From positions 1 through 24,351 of the IMG/VR virus record IMGVR_UViG_3300023176_000018: 24,351 bases of DNA; one strand, given 5' to 3'. Positions within the stretch are counted from its first letter, which is position 1; each line of letters begins with the position of its first letter. Under the pieces are notes generated by a model. That model saw nothing but the letters and a program-made list of their open reading frames with translations, had not been told where the DNA came from and did not search any database. Both the position numbers and the translations under genes were made by a program. Shown here piece by piece: positions 23,844-24,351 of the stretch. The DNA comes from a virus (lineage: Duplodnaviria; Caudoviricetes).

Positions 23844-23868
23844 ATAAAAGGGGGCCATTGCGACCCCC
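23842..23868 (-). terminator. Rho-independent terminator after the major capsid gene
   Basis: GGGGGUC-GCAAU-GGCCCCC stem-loop followed by UUUUAUUU, 12 nt after the capsid stop; same position as T7 T-phi. Confidence 0.88.
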
Positions 23869-23880
23869 AGAGAGAGTAGC

Positions 23881-24351
23881 TTACTCGTCGCAAACAGCGA
23901 GGATGAATCCTGCTTCGGGACGGTAAGTTTCAACACCGTACAGCGTGTCAGACGTAAACAGCGTAGACAGGTATTCCTGCTTGTACTGTGTCTGAGAACG
24001 TACAGCCAGTTGCTCTGCCATTACCAAAGCATCCTTGTGGAAGAACAAGCAACCACGAGTATCAGCGGTAGAAGCAGTGTTCTGAGCGGCAACTTCGACA
24101 ACCGGAGCGTTGCTAGACACGTAGATGTCTACACCGTACAGATTACCAATCAGACCTGACTCAACGCCACGGCCTCCAACAAAGTCAGAAGACACGTAAC
24201 GATCAATGCCCATGATTGACTTACGAACAGCAGGAGGAATTACGAGAACTCGTCCGTCCATAGGTACGTCAGCATCGTCCATCAGCTTGATAGCCTCACG
24301 GAAGCCAAGGTCAGTGAAGTTGTCACCAGTAGTAACAGTGTCAACAGCGTA
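23881..24351 (-). CDS. Major capsid protein, C-terminal part (5' truncated)
   Basis: Frame is open to the window edge (YAVDTVTTGDNFTDLGFREAIKLMDDADVP...). MDDADVP..GR, G.IG.LYGVDIYVS and D.LYGV...RPE motifs of T7/P22-type coat proteins. Confidence 0.9.
   Translation of the reverse strand, partial: YAVDTVTTGDNFTDLGFREAIKLMDDADVPMDGRVLVIPPAVRKSIMGIDRYVSSDFVGGRGVESGLIGNLYGVDIYVSSNAPVVEVAAQNTASTADTRGCLFFHKDALVMAEQLAVRSQTQYKQEYLSTLFTSDTLYGVETYRPEAGFILAVCDE

Noticed and set aside
23881-23940. T7 10A/10B-like capsid frameshift extension
   Set aside because: No slippery heptamer seen near the stop, and a terminator follows immediately.

Overview
This 24.4 kb window is the middle of a lytic, T7-related podovirus-type phage genome. 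The layout (replication arm and structural arm converging, class II ribonucleotide reductase) resembles marine SIO1/cobavirus-like Zobellviridae; that placement is an inference. The + strand (1-7006) carries a truncated primase-helicase, a compact family A DNA polymerase (Tyr762 type), three consecutive PD-(D/E)XK nucleases, a DUF3310 protein, three small hypothetical genes and a B12-dependent NrdJ. The - strand (24351 to 7001) carries the C-terminus of the major capsid protein and its terminator, a fibre protein, a small adaptor, two glycine-rich paralogues, three membrane/holin genes, a 1340-aa repeat-rich protein, tail adaptor and nozzle proteins, three probable ejection proteins and a 59-aa ORF. 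The most notable observations are: (1) a proline-free (Gly-Thr-Thr)70 tract with Ala/Thr and Gly/acidic repeats in the 1340-aa protein; (2) an 11-codon micro-ORF coupled to both neighbours that may be the scar of a relocated fibre gene; (3) a modular fibre/adaptor/glycine-rich tip cassette; (4) a G-U-containing hairpin abutting the capsid terminator; (5) a 6-nt overlap of the two arms with no visible terminator. No database searches were run; family assignments rest on motif recognition.
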